Shown: positions 1 to 8,209 of the stretch, in pieces
Numbering within the stretch: the stretch's first letter is position 1
Layout: every line of letters begins with the position of its first letter
NCBI GenBank assembly: GCA_963805085.1
Contig: CAWDTA010000003.1
Coordinates: 288,001 to 352,000, forward strand
Length of the DNA stretch: 64,000 bases
Reading direction: 5' to 3'
Origin: an uncultured Veillonellaceae bacterium
GTDB lineage: Bacteria > Bacillota > Negativicutes > JARBTT01
Translations under genes and position numbers: made by a program
The notes under the pieces: model-generated
Told to the model about the DNA's origin: nothing
The model's input: the letters and a program-made list of their open reading frames with translations, nothing else
The model's database searches: none

Positions 1-1422
1 ATTATCAAGCTTGGCACGTCATGGGAGACGGCTGCGATCTTAGGCAGCCGGGTAACTGGTACAACATATGAAACGACGATAACCACTGAGACGAAACATT
101 CATTTTTGATTAAAGCGGTTACCTTGGCCGGAAATGAGAGTCAATATCCAGCAGAAGTCAATTGCGTATTTGACCTTAATCCCGTCCCGGTAACGAACAT
201 CATTTTGTCGCAATCGTCCGCTGATAAATCGGTGCTGAACATATCCTGGACAGGCATCTTGGAGAGTGATCTAGCCTACTATGATGTGCGAGTAGGCTCT
301 TCCTGGGACGATGCAACGCAAATTGTAACTACCAAGGAAACTAGTTGCACATACACTTTGAGTGCAAGTGGTACGGTAAAAATTCTCATAAAATCAATGA
401 ACGTAGCCGAGTATTATTCGGAAGAAGCTACGGCAGCCCTCTATTGTACGATAGAGCCAGCAACAGTATCCAATTTTCGGGTGTACCAAAACGGTGAATA
501 TGTGGAATTGTATTGGGATAAAGCGGTTGAGGCCGATGTGGTAAGCTACGAAATCCGGGAAGGGTCAAGCTTCAGCATCGGTTCATTGGTGGTGACAGGA
601 CAGACGACAACAAACTATAAGTATATCGTGGATACCGAGCGAAAGTACCAGTATCACATTAAAGCAATTAATAAAAGCGGGTTTTATAGTTCGTCGGCTA
701 CCAGTGGCAGTGTGATTGTGAGTGATCTTTCAGCAAGAAATGTGATTGAATCCTTTAATGAACTTACGCTACAATCCGGTACACACGCCAATACGGCTAT
801 TGGCACGTCGCAGTATAAATTTAGCAATCTAGGCGGTAAGTTTAGTGATTATACGACAACGAAATATAGTGAAATTGGTGGAGCAACTGTGCTTAAATTA
901 GCGATGAATGATGCAGTGTATTATTCTTCCGGCGTATATACGGGCGAGCAGATAGACATCGGTCAGATTATCACCGCCAATATAACGGCTTATTTTGTTT
1001 CAACAGTACTTTTTGTGGCGGGAACTTCGGCTGCGCTCGAATATAGGACGAGCCAGGATGGCAGCACGTTTACAGACTGGCAGGATTTTAAGGCTGTACA
1101 GGCAACCTTCCGCTATTTGGAATTTCGGGCGATCTTGGCTACGACGGATACAACCAAAACACCGGAGGTTAACCATTTTACTATTTCGGTGGATGTGCCG
1201 GACACAGATTTGAGCTTAACGGCTACCGTAGCCGCTGGTGGGACTACAATTAACTATGGACAGACATTTTATATGATTCCGGTGGTTACGCCAACAGCGA
1301 TAGGTGAGAACCTATATGCACAGGTAATATCAAAAACGAAATCCAGCGTAACACTTAAGGTGAAAGACTCGTCAAGTAATGACGTTGGTGGAATGGTAGA
1401 TTTACGAGTTAAAGGATATTAA
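1..1422 (+). CDS. Phage tail-tip / host-specificity protein with fibronectin type III-like repeats (5' partial)
   Basis: Frame is open from base 1 (IIKLGTSWETAA...). Repeated W..(D)..YEIR.G.SW units (ISWTGILESDLAYYDVRVGSSW; LYWDKAVEADVVSYEIREGSSF); Ser/Thr-rich beta composition. Confidence 0.75.
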   Translation: MIKLGTSWETAAILGSRVTGTTYETTITTETKHSFLIKAVTLAGNESQYPAEVNCVFDLNPVPVTNIILSQSSADKSVLNISWTGILESDLAYYDVRVGSSWDDATQIVTTKETSCTYTLSASGTVKILIKSMNVAEYYSEEATAALYCTIEPATVSNFRVYQNGEYVELYWDKAVEADVVSYEIREGSSFSIGSLVVTGQTTTNYKYIVDTERKYQYHIKAINKSGFYSSSATSGSVIVSDLSARNVIESFNELTLQSGTHANTAIGTSQYKFSNLGGKFSDYTTTKYSEIGGATVLKLAMNDAVYYSSGVYTGEQIDIGQIITANITAYFVSTVLFVAGTSAALEYRTSQDGSTFTDWQDFKAVQATFRYLEFRAILATTDTTKTPEVNHFTISVDVPDTDLSLTATVAAGGTTINYGQTFYMIPVVTPTAIGENLYAQVISKTKSSVTLKVKDSSSNDVGGMVDLRVKGY

Positions 1423-1443
1423 ATATTTTGTGGGGTGAATTAT

Positions 1444-2751
1444 ATGTCATACAATAGCAAACTACCTATGGATGATGAATATATCGCGGCAGGTCCAACG
1501 GATATTCGCGAAAATCTTAGGGCATTAAAAGAGGATCAAATCGTCGATGCAGGAACGTTGGCTGGCTTGCCGGTGGGGAACGCCAGTGGCAATATTCCAG
1601 AAGCAAATGGAATCGTAAATAAGAATTTAAACGCCGACCTATTAGATGGGTATGAGGCAAGTGATTTTGCTACAGCGAGTCACAATCATTCGGCATCTAC
1701 AGCCTCAACCGCCGGATTTATGAGTGCTGCCGATAAAACCAAGCTGGACGGCATAGCCACCGGCGCCCAAGTTAACCAAAACGCCTTCGGAAATGTGGTG
1801 GTGGGTGGTACAACTCTTCAGGCTGATTCGATGACTGACACATTAACGTTAACAGCAGGAACAAACATTTCTCTTACTCCCGATGCCACCAATGACGCGG
1901 TAACGATTGCTGTATCAGGGACAGTACCTTCAGCCACTACGGCCACCACTTGCTCTGGTAATGCCGATACGGCTACGAAGTGGGCGACCGCCCGGACGCT
2001 GAGTTTTACTGGCGATGCCACAGGATCGATGTCTGTAGACGGAACAGCTGCGGCTAACGCTGAGCTAACCCTTAAGTCTACCGGTGTAACTGCAGGAACC
2101 TATCGAAGTGTTACCGTCGATGCCCAAGGCAGGGTGATAGCTGGGGCGAGTCCCACTTCTGAGGCTATTGATATAACAGGTAATGCGGCGACGGCTACTT
2201 CATGTAGTAGCGTAGCAAATGATAGCGGTAATATGCAATTCCATTGGAATGGACAAAGTGGGCAGCCAACTTGGCTGTGGGGTGGAAATGATTTTGGTAA
2301 TATGTATGTATATAAACCAAGTAATTTTAGGGTGAATTATGCGGATACTGCTGGAAACGCAAATACGCTTAATGGCAAAACTATTGCTGATTTAGGAACA
2401 GTTAAATTTAACACACAATATAGTGCTTCTTTTGACGGTAAGATTCTTAAAATAGTTGGCGAATTAACTAAATCTACTACTGCAACCGGTAAAGTTGCCC
2501 ATGGCGCGATTATAGCTGTACCAAGTGGATATACAAGAAGTCAAATTTATAGAGTGGATTTAACCCCTGTGTCTGGAAGTGCTGATAGCTATTATACTCC
2601 GGATGTTTGCAGTTATGATTATTCTAGCGGTCAGGTAACTTGCTATGTAGATATTACAACTACAAGTGGTGGCGGTATTTGTTCTGGACCAAGCACATAT
2701 ACAAAACGGCATTATGGTTCTGCTACTTATACGTTATATGCCGCACAATAA
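1444..2751 (+). CDS. Phage tail fibre protein
   Basis: Fibre motifs NADLLDG, GFMSAADKTKLDGI, GNADTAT/GNAATAT, GTYRSVTVDAQGRV and FHWNGQSGQPTWLWGGND. ATG at 1444 follows a GGGGTG SD. Confidence 0.85.
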   Translation: MSYNSKLPMDDEYIAAGPTDIRENLRALKEDQIVDAGTLAGLPVGNASGNIPEANGIVNKNLNADLLDGYEASDFATASHNHSASTASTAGFMSAADKTKLDGIATGAQVNQNAFGNVVVGGTTLQADSMTDTLTLTAGTNISLTPDATNDAVTIAVSGTVPSATTATTCSGNADTATKWATARTLSFTGDATGSMSVDGTAAANAELTLKSTGVTAGTYRSVTVDAQGRVIAGASPTSEAIDITGNAATATSCSSVANDSGNMQFHWNGQSGQPTWLWGGNDFGNMYVYKPSNFRVNYADTAGNANTLNGKTIADLGTVKFNTQYSASFDGKILKIVGELTKSTTATGKVAHGAIIAVPSGYTRSQIYRVDLTPVSGSADSYYTPDVCSYDYSSGQVTCYVDITTTSGGGICSGPSTYTKRHYGSATYTLYAAQ

Positions 2752-2769
2752 TAATTGGGAGATGATCAC

Positions 2770-3033
2770 ATGTTTATTATATTAAGAGATAATAAAGTTG
2801 TAAGTACGGCTAGTAGTAAGCCTTGTGAAGAAGATCTAAAAAATAGAAATGAATTTAGCCTGGAAAAGGATACTGATACGAGAATTTCTATTGGGGATAT
2901 TTATGCCAATGGTAAATTTTCACCATCGGAAGAACCGATTAAGGAACCTGAGGAAATTCCATTAGAAGAGTTATCTAATGAATCGCTTATGCAGTTAATT
3001 CGTGCAATGTATCAAAATAGTTATTATTATTAA
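2770..3033 (+). CDS. Small acidic protein after the tail fibre (possible fibre assembly chaperone)
   Basis: GGAG SD and ATG at 2770; size and position are typical of fibre chaperones; function is inferred. Confidence 0.55.
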   Translation: MFIILRDNKVVSTASSKPCEEDLKNRNEFSLEKDTDTRISIGDIYANGKFSPSEEPIKEPEEIPLEELSNESLMQLIRAMYQNSYYY

Positions 3034-3294
3034 GGCGGAGTTGATAGGATAGTTGTTCGTAATAACTGGACTAAGCTGCTCTATATAAAAGTTTTTATTA
3101 GAAATAGTTCTTCCGATGGTGAATTTTCACCATCGGAAGAACCAATTAAAGAGCCTAAAAAAGTTCCATTAGAAGAATTATCTAATGAATCGCTTTTACA
3201 TTTTATTCGTACGTTGTATCAAGATAGTTATTATTAAGGAGGCGTTGACATGCTAGCTATTCATAGTAACTGGACTAAGCCGTTTTATACAAAA
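2905..3294 (+). repeat. Imperfect tandem duplication, offset 207 then 204 bp (2905-3090 vs 3112-3294)
   Basis: GGTAAATTTTCACCATCGGAAGAACC...TAACTGGACTAAGC recurs. The unit spans the 3' end of the 2770 gene and the 5' end of the 3250 gene. Confidence 0.95.
3046..3237 (+). pseudogene. Chimeric open frame created by the duplication, lacking a canonical start
   Basis: Reads RIVVRNNWTKLLYIK...DGEFSPSEEPIKEPKKVPLEELSNESLLHFIRTLYQDSYY*; AGG lies where the paralogous copy has ATG. Confidence 0.55.
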
Positions 3295-4101
3295 AAAGCT
3301 TTGAATACAGAATATCGGCTAGAAGATTATGATGTTATAACAACGATATTATCCGCTTTAAAATGGCGACAACATAATGGCAGCATAAGAATGGTAACGG
3401 ATAATAGGGGGTTAGAATATTATAAAAAATTGGGGATAACGGATATATGGGATTTAGGAGTAGATACGTTTTTAGAAAGTATAACAATCAACCAGGATTT
3501 ATTTTGGTCTGCTGGTAAAATATATGCATTAAAAAATCAATTGTTACCCTGTGTAATCATGGATACTGATTTTATCGTGTGGGAGAAAATCGAAGATGAA
3601 TGGTGGAGTCATAAAATAGCTGCTATTCATGCTGAACCGGCTGTTTTCGCTAAAGAACTTTTTAAGATGAAACCAGGCTATGTATTTGATTCGCGTTTGG
3701 ATTGGAATATTACGCCGTTTAATGCTGGATTTGTTTTCTTTAATGATCAAGAGTTTGTTAGTTATTATTTAGATGAAGTTATTACATTTATGGAGAATGT
3801 AGAACCAGAGAACAAAAAAAGTTTATGTACTCCTTTTGCTGATGAGCACATTTTAGCGATGTGTGCTAAGAAAGAAGAAATAGAAATAAGAGCATTTATA
3901 GAATTGGCAAAAGCCAGAGAACAAAAGAGATTTAGCCATATTTGGATGTATAAAAATGTATTAAGGATGAATCCTGTTCTAAGAAAAGATTTTTGTATTA
4001 AGTTTTTAAATCGTATCATAACTGAGTTTCCGGAATATAAAGATATGATTTATAATATCGAAATGTTTCATGTATATTTGAAAGATGGTGATATAGTATG
4101 A
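3250..4101 (+). CDS. DUF6734-like putative GT-A glycosyltransferase, paralog 1
   Basis: HSNWTKP, LSALKW, MVTD, FWSAGKIYAL, a DxD motif (MDTDFIVW), FNAG, DEH and a C-terminal HIW follow the GT-A motif order; AAGGAGG SD. Confidence 0.6.
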   Translation: MLAIHSNWTKPFYTKKALNTEYRLEDYDVITTILSALKWRQHNGSIRMVTDNRGLEYYKKLGITDIWDLGVDTFLESITINQDLFWSAGKIYALKNQLLPCVIMDTDFIVWEKIEDEWWSHKIAAIHAEPAVFAKELFKMKPGYVFDSRLDWNITPFNAGFVFFNDQEFVSYYLDEVITFMENVEPENKKSLCTPFADEHILAMCAKKEEIEIRAFIELAKAREQKRFSHIWMYKNVLRMNPVLRKDFCIKFLNRIITEFPEYKDMIYNIEMFHVYLKDGDIV

Positions 4102-5015
4102 TCGCTAATCACACGAATTGGACTAAGCCCTTTTATGTAAAAAATGGTTTAGATGTAGAATATACAATGGAAGATTATGATGTTATAACAACTATATTAT
4201 CTGCTTTAAAGTGGAGAGAATTTAATGGTAGTATAAGGATGATAACAGACAATATCGGTTTAGAATATTATAAAAAATTAGGCATAACGTCTATATGGGA
4301 TTTAGGCGTAGATGCTTCTTTGGAACAATTTAATGAAAAATCGTATATTGACTATAGTGCTTTTTGGTCGATTGGGAAGGTGTTATCATTAAAAACACAA
4401 CAATTACCCTATGTAATGATGGACACAGATCTCTTGGTATGGGAAACCATTGAAGATACATGGTGGGAAAACGAATTGGTTGCCATTCACACCGAACCTC
4501 TGGCAGGCTTCTATTTTGATAAAAATAAAATGCAAGAACACATGAAACCAGAATATAATTTTGATTCTGAATGGGATTGGGATCTGTTGCCGTTCAATAC
4601 AGGATTTACATTTTTCAACAATAAAAAATTCGTAGAGTATTATTTGAACGAAGTGATAAGGTTTATGAAAAACATAAATCCATCAAAAGAATGTACACCG
4701 ACAGAGAAAAGAGTAATATATTCTATATTTACAGACCAAAGATTGTTTTCTATGTGTGCGAAAAAAATAGGGATAGAAATAAAACCATTCATGAACTTGA
4801 AAAATGCCAGAAGGCAAACGAGATTTTCACACATTTGGATGTATAAAGATAGATTAAAAAGTGATCCTGCTATCCGCAAAGATTTTTGCGTTAAGTTTTT
4901 AAATCGTATAGTAACAGAGTTTCCCGAATATGAAGCTATGATTTATAACATCGAAATGTTTCATAAATATTTAAAACTTAAGCTTTCCAGCACAAGTCTG
5001 CAAGAAAAATTGTAA
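4098..5015 (+). CDS. DUF6734-like putative GT-A glycosyltransferase, paralog 2
   Basis: Clear paralog of 3250-4101 (HTNWTKP, FWSIGK, MDTDLLVW, FNTG, DQR, HIW); ATGA overlap with paralog 1. Confidence 0.6.
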   Translation: MIANHTNWTKPFYVKNGLDVEYTMEDYDVITTILSALKWREFNGSIRMITDNIGLEYYKKLGITSIWDLGVDASLEQFNEKSYIDYSAFWSIGKVLSLKTQQLPYVMMDTDLLVWETIEDTWWENELVAIHTEPLAGFYFDKNKMQEHMKPEYNFDSEWDWDLLPFNTGFTFFNNKKFVEYYLNEVIRFMKNINPSKECTPTEKRVIYSIFTDQRLFSMCAKKIGIEIKPFMNLKNARRQTRFSHIWMYKDRLKSDPAIRKDFCVKFLNRIVTEFPEYEAMIYNIEMFHKYLKLKLSSTSLQEKL

Positions 5016-5021
5016 CAAGTA

Positions 5022-5047
5022 AGAGCCTAGGGGCTCTATTTTATTTT
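5022..5047 (+). terminator. Short hairpin with T-rich tail after the GT-like pair
   Basis: AGAGCC-TAGG-GGCTCT followed by ATTTTATTTT. Confidence 0.45.
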
Positions 5048-5313
5048 GAGGTAATTTATGCGATGGTTCAAAAGGGCATCTTTAGTTTATCTTCTAGTAT
5101 TGCACTGACCGAAATCTTAGTACTGAAACTGTAAAATTCTACCGAAGTTTTAATGAGACCAATTTGAAAGTCAAGTTGGTCTAGTTGTCATGGAAAAATC
5201 TAATACGATTTTTCAAAAAATAGCAAAAATTATCTTGATCTTTTTAGCGAGTTTTTTATGCCGTTTAAAAAGTGCTTTATATTGAATGTATATCAATGAA
5301 GAGGGGGGAGGAT

Positions 5314-5487
5314 GTGGGAGATGATACTGTTCTTAGATTAATCAACAAAATAGACGATTTAAGTGATCGGTTGGCTAGAGTTGAAACATTGCTGGAAGAA
5401 CGGGAGAAAAGCAAAGTAAGTATTGTTGGATTACTCGCGTGGTTAACAACTACCGTAATAGCAGTTTATGGGGTGTCACATAAATAG
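5314..5487 (+). CDS. Holin-like small protein (coiled coil plus one C-terminal TM helix)
   Basis: GTG start after GGGGGGAGG; RLARVETLLEE coiled coil, hydrophobic IVGLLAWLTTTVIAVYGV; directly upstream of the endolysin. Confidence 0.6.
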   Translation: MGDDTVLRLINKIDDLSDRLARVETLLEEREKSKVSIVGLLAWLTTTVIAVYGVSHK

Positions 5488-5503
5488 AGAGGAGGGACTA
5501 GAG

Positions 5504-6064
5504 TTGAGAAAAGTAACACTAGAAGAATTGCGACAGCTTGCTTTAAATAGCAAAGAATCGCTTTGGCAAGCGGCGCACAGCGTAGACCGTGATATAAAGC
5601 TATACCTTCATTGGTCAGCTGGCCATTATGGACAATTTTTTGATGACTATCATATCAATATTGATCAAGATGGTAGTATTCATATCAGCACTGAAGATTT
5701 AAGCACTGTATTAGCGCATACTTGGCATAGAAATACCGGGGGTGTGGGGATTGCTTTAGCTTGTTGCGTAGGTGCTGCTACGAATGGTCTAGGACTCGAA
5801 CCGCCTACAACCAGACAAATTGAAGTTATGGCGCAGGTGGTCAGTGTATTAGCAGATGCCTTAGATTTAACCATCGATCTTCAGCGTGTCATGACGCATG
5901 GGGAGGCTGGTGATAACATGGATGGCTTAGATTTAACCGAAAAATATGGTATGAACAGCACTTGTGAACGCTGGGATGCTGCTATATTGCACAATGGTGA
6001 CACTTGGGGCTCCGGTGGAGATATTTTAAGAGGTAAGGCCATTTGGTATCAAAATAACCCATAA
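5504..6064 (+). CDS. Endolysin, N-acetylmuramoyl-L-alanine amidase (Amidase_2 type)
   Basis: LYLHWSAG, YHINID.DG, AHTWHRNTGGVGIAL and THGE zinc-amidase motifs; TTG start after GGAGGG. Confidence 0.85.
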   Translation: MRKVTLEELRQLALNSKESLWQAAHSVDRDIKLYLHWSAGHYGQFFDDYHINIDQDGSIHISTEDLSTVLAHTWHRNTGGVGIALACCVGAATNGLGLEPPTTRQIEVMAQVVSVLADALDLTIDLQRVMTHGEAGDNMDGLDLTEKYGMNSTCERWDAAILHNGDTWGSGGDILRGKAIWYQNNP

Positions 6065-6075
6065 GGAGGGCTGAA

Positions 6076-6927
6076 ATGCTTACTATAATTTTCGTTAGGG
6101 GAGACCCAGAAAATATTATTGACCGTACAATTGAGACATTCAGCAAGGGTGATTATTGCCATGTGGCCATTAAATTTCCTTGGGGAATTGTTGAATCACT
6201 GGGGGTACCGGAACTTGGCTTTATGCCGGGTGTAAGGCTGTCTCCAATAAATAAGTATGACGATGCCAATATTTTAGCAATTGACATAAAAATGCCAGAT
6301 CAGGTCGCAGCCGAACGGAAGGCGCAAAACCTAATTGGTAGGTTGTATAGTTATATCGGCTGCTTCGAAGGTGGAACGTATGATATAACCGGTATAAAAT
6401 TGCATCCATGGATTGTTAAAATACTCAACTGGTTTTTAACTAGATTTCTTGGTGTACCACTGAGCATCGATACTGGCGAATGGACAATGAATTGCTCTGA
6501 AACCGTCACCAGAATTTTAAGGGCTGGCGGTCTTGAGGTTTTACCTGGTGTAGATGCCGATTGTATTACGCCAATGGATTTAGTTAGATATTTCAATAAA
6601 AATAATGAGGGGGACTTACAAATGAGTGAAGAAACTACAATATCCACAAATATTCCAACTGACACAGTACCTAGCGAAAGTATTTCTGATGTATTAGCGG
6701 ATTCTGCAAGTACAATAATCGACACCGCTGCAGCTTCTGGCAACACTTCCGTAACCAACTGGGTCACAGAGGAAATCGCAAAACTGAGAGCAGAAATTAA
6801 CTCAACCTCGAACCTTACGGTAGCTGCAAGGGATAAAATTGAAATTGCGGCTTTGGAAGCCATGTCAGTTGTAGCTTTGACTGAGTTAAAAAATCTTACT
6901 GCAAAACTTAAAGACAAAGTATCCTAA
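6076..6927 (+). CDS. Permuted papain-like (NlpC/P60, YiiX-like) enzyme fused to a ~100-aa helical tail
   Basis: His-before-Cys order: YCHVAI ... YSYIG ... MNCSETV ... ITPMDL; internal SD and in-frame ATG at 6622. Confidence 0.65.
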   Translation: MLTIIFVRGDPENIIDRTIETFSKGDYCHVAIKFPWGIVESLGVPELGFMPGVRLSPINKYDDANILAIDIKMPDQVAAERKAQNLIGRLYSYIGCFEGGTYDITGIKLHPWIVKILNWFLTRFLGVPLSIDTGEWTMNCSETVTRILRAGGLEVLPGVDADCITPMDLVRYFNKNNEGDLQMSEETTISTNIPTDTVPSESISDVLADSASTIIDTAAASGNTSVTNWVTEEIAKLRAEINSTSNLTVAARDKIEIAALEAMSVVALTELKNLTAKLKDKVS

Positions 6928-6935
6928 GGAACATA

Positions 6936-6981
6936 AGAGCAGGCAAATTTACCGTTCGCGGTAAATCTGCCTGCTCTGTTT
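6936..6981 (+). terminator. Strong hairpin ending the lysis cassette
   Basis: AGAGCAGGCAAATTTACCG-TTCG-CGGTAAATCTGCCTGCTCT followed by GTTT. Confidence 0.8.
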
Positions 6982-7161
6982 AGGTTAAAACTATATGCTA
7001 TATATTTTTGTTTATTGCAAATTTCAAACTTCTTGATATGCAGTATAAAACCAAATAAATTTATTTCTGGGAATAAAGGGATATTATACAATAGAGCGAA
7101 TGAAATAAATTTAGAAAGTCAGCTTGTTAAATAAAGAGTAATGAAATGAGGAAGTGAAAGA

Positions 7162-7416
7162 ATGGTAAATTTCATTCGTGCGATTTTGGCAATAGCGGTT
7201 ATTCCTATTGGTCTGCCTGTGATGCTTATTTCATTTGATATTGTTGGTTCTTCCGGTTTAGATAATGTGTTTACCCAAATGATATTTTGGTCAATGTTTC
7301 TATTCCCTGTCTTTCTTCTGCTTGCATTTGGATTGTCTTATCGTAATACAAAATTTCTGTATTTGCCTTTAATCAATATTATTGGTTTTATAATCGGATT
7401 TTTAGGGGTGCAATAA
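7162..7416 (+). CDS. Small 3-TM membrane protein (putative immunity protein)
   Basis: Three hydrophobic segments; resembles the C-terminal half of 7539-8105. Confidence 0.65.
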   Translation: MVNFIRAILAIAVIPIGLPVMLISFDIVGSSGLDNVFTQMIFWSMFLFPVFLLLAFGLSYRNTKFLYLPLINIIGFIIGFLGVQ

Positions 7417-7538
7417 TTTATATAGAACGGATAATTAACGCTGTAAAAGAATTAGTTATTTTGAGGAAGTCTTTAATAGGAGTTAATAAAGAATCAGATA
7501 AATAGAGTATTTTTGAAACACTTTAAGGAGGAGAAAGT

Positions 7539-8105
7539 ATGAACAACCAGCAGGATCGTTATGGGGATAAATTTATACGACAGTTGATTAATTTTTTTTC
7601 TCAAGGATATATTTACTATGCCCTATTCATTTTTACAAGTACTGCTTGCTTATTATTACTTGAAGTCTCGCTAGTACTTCCAGGTCTCTTTTATAAACTT
7701 GATTCTATATTTCCTGTAAACAAACTTAGCGCAATATTCAGTGTACTATCCCTCGGATCAGCAATACTTGTATATTTTAGCACAAATATACCCAGTTCAT
7801 TTTACCAAAGCAGACTTTTTAAAAATATTTTAAAATGCTTTCGTTATTTAGTAATATTATTACTAATATGCTCGTGCCTTTTTGCCTTAGTTTCGTGTAT
7901 ACTTATGTTTTATTTTATTTACTCTCCTGTCTATTCAAAGAGTGGAAGTGAATTGACAACTATTGTATTAGGGATACTATCTCCTTTTATAGTACTTTTT
8001 TCATATATTAGTTCTTTTACATCTCAAGACAAAAATAAAATAATTTTTTTGTTATTGCCAATGGTTTTTATGGTTTTTGTATTTTCCATTGTTTCACTTG
8101 TCTAA
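7539..8105 (+). CDS. Multi-TM membrane protein (putative immunity protein)
   Basis: AAGGAGG SD, about 5 hydrophobic segments, very AT-rich coding. Confidence 0.65.
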   Translation: MNNQQDRYGDKFIRQLINFFSQGYIYYALFIFTSTACLLLLEVSLVLPGLFYKLDSIFPVNKLSAIFSVLSLGSAILVYFSTNIPSSFYQSRLFKNILKCFRYLVILLLICSCLFALVSCILMFYFIYSPVYSKSGSELTTIVLGILSPFIVLFSYISSFTSQDKNKIIFLLLPMVFMVFVFSIVSLV

Positions 8106-8209
8106 TTAGGTTTTGCATCTCTAAGTCTGGAATTCAATGAGTTTATGTTAACCATTTATAAATGAAAAAAATTAAGCAGGTAATGCTGAAAGAAAAGGAG
8201 TTAAGGAGT

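Noticed and set aside
2905-3294. Diversity-generating retroelement TR/VR pair near the tail fibre
   Set aside because: Substitutions run in both directions (A to G and G to A, plus G/T) rather than being confined to adenines of one copy; the repeat is outside the fibre gene and no reverse transcriptase is in the window.
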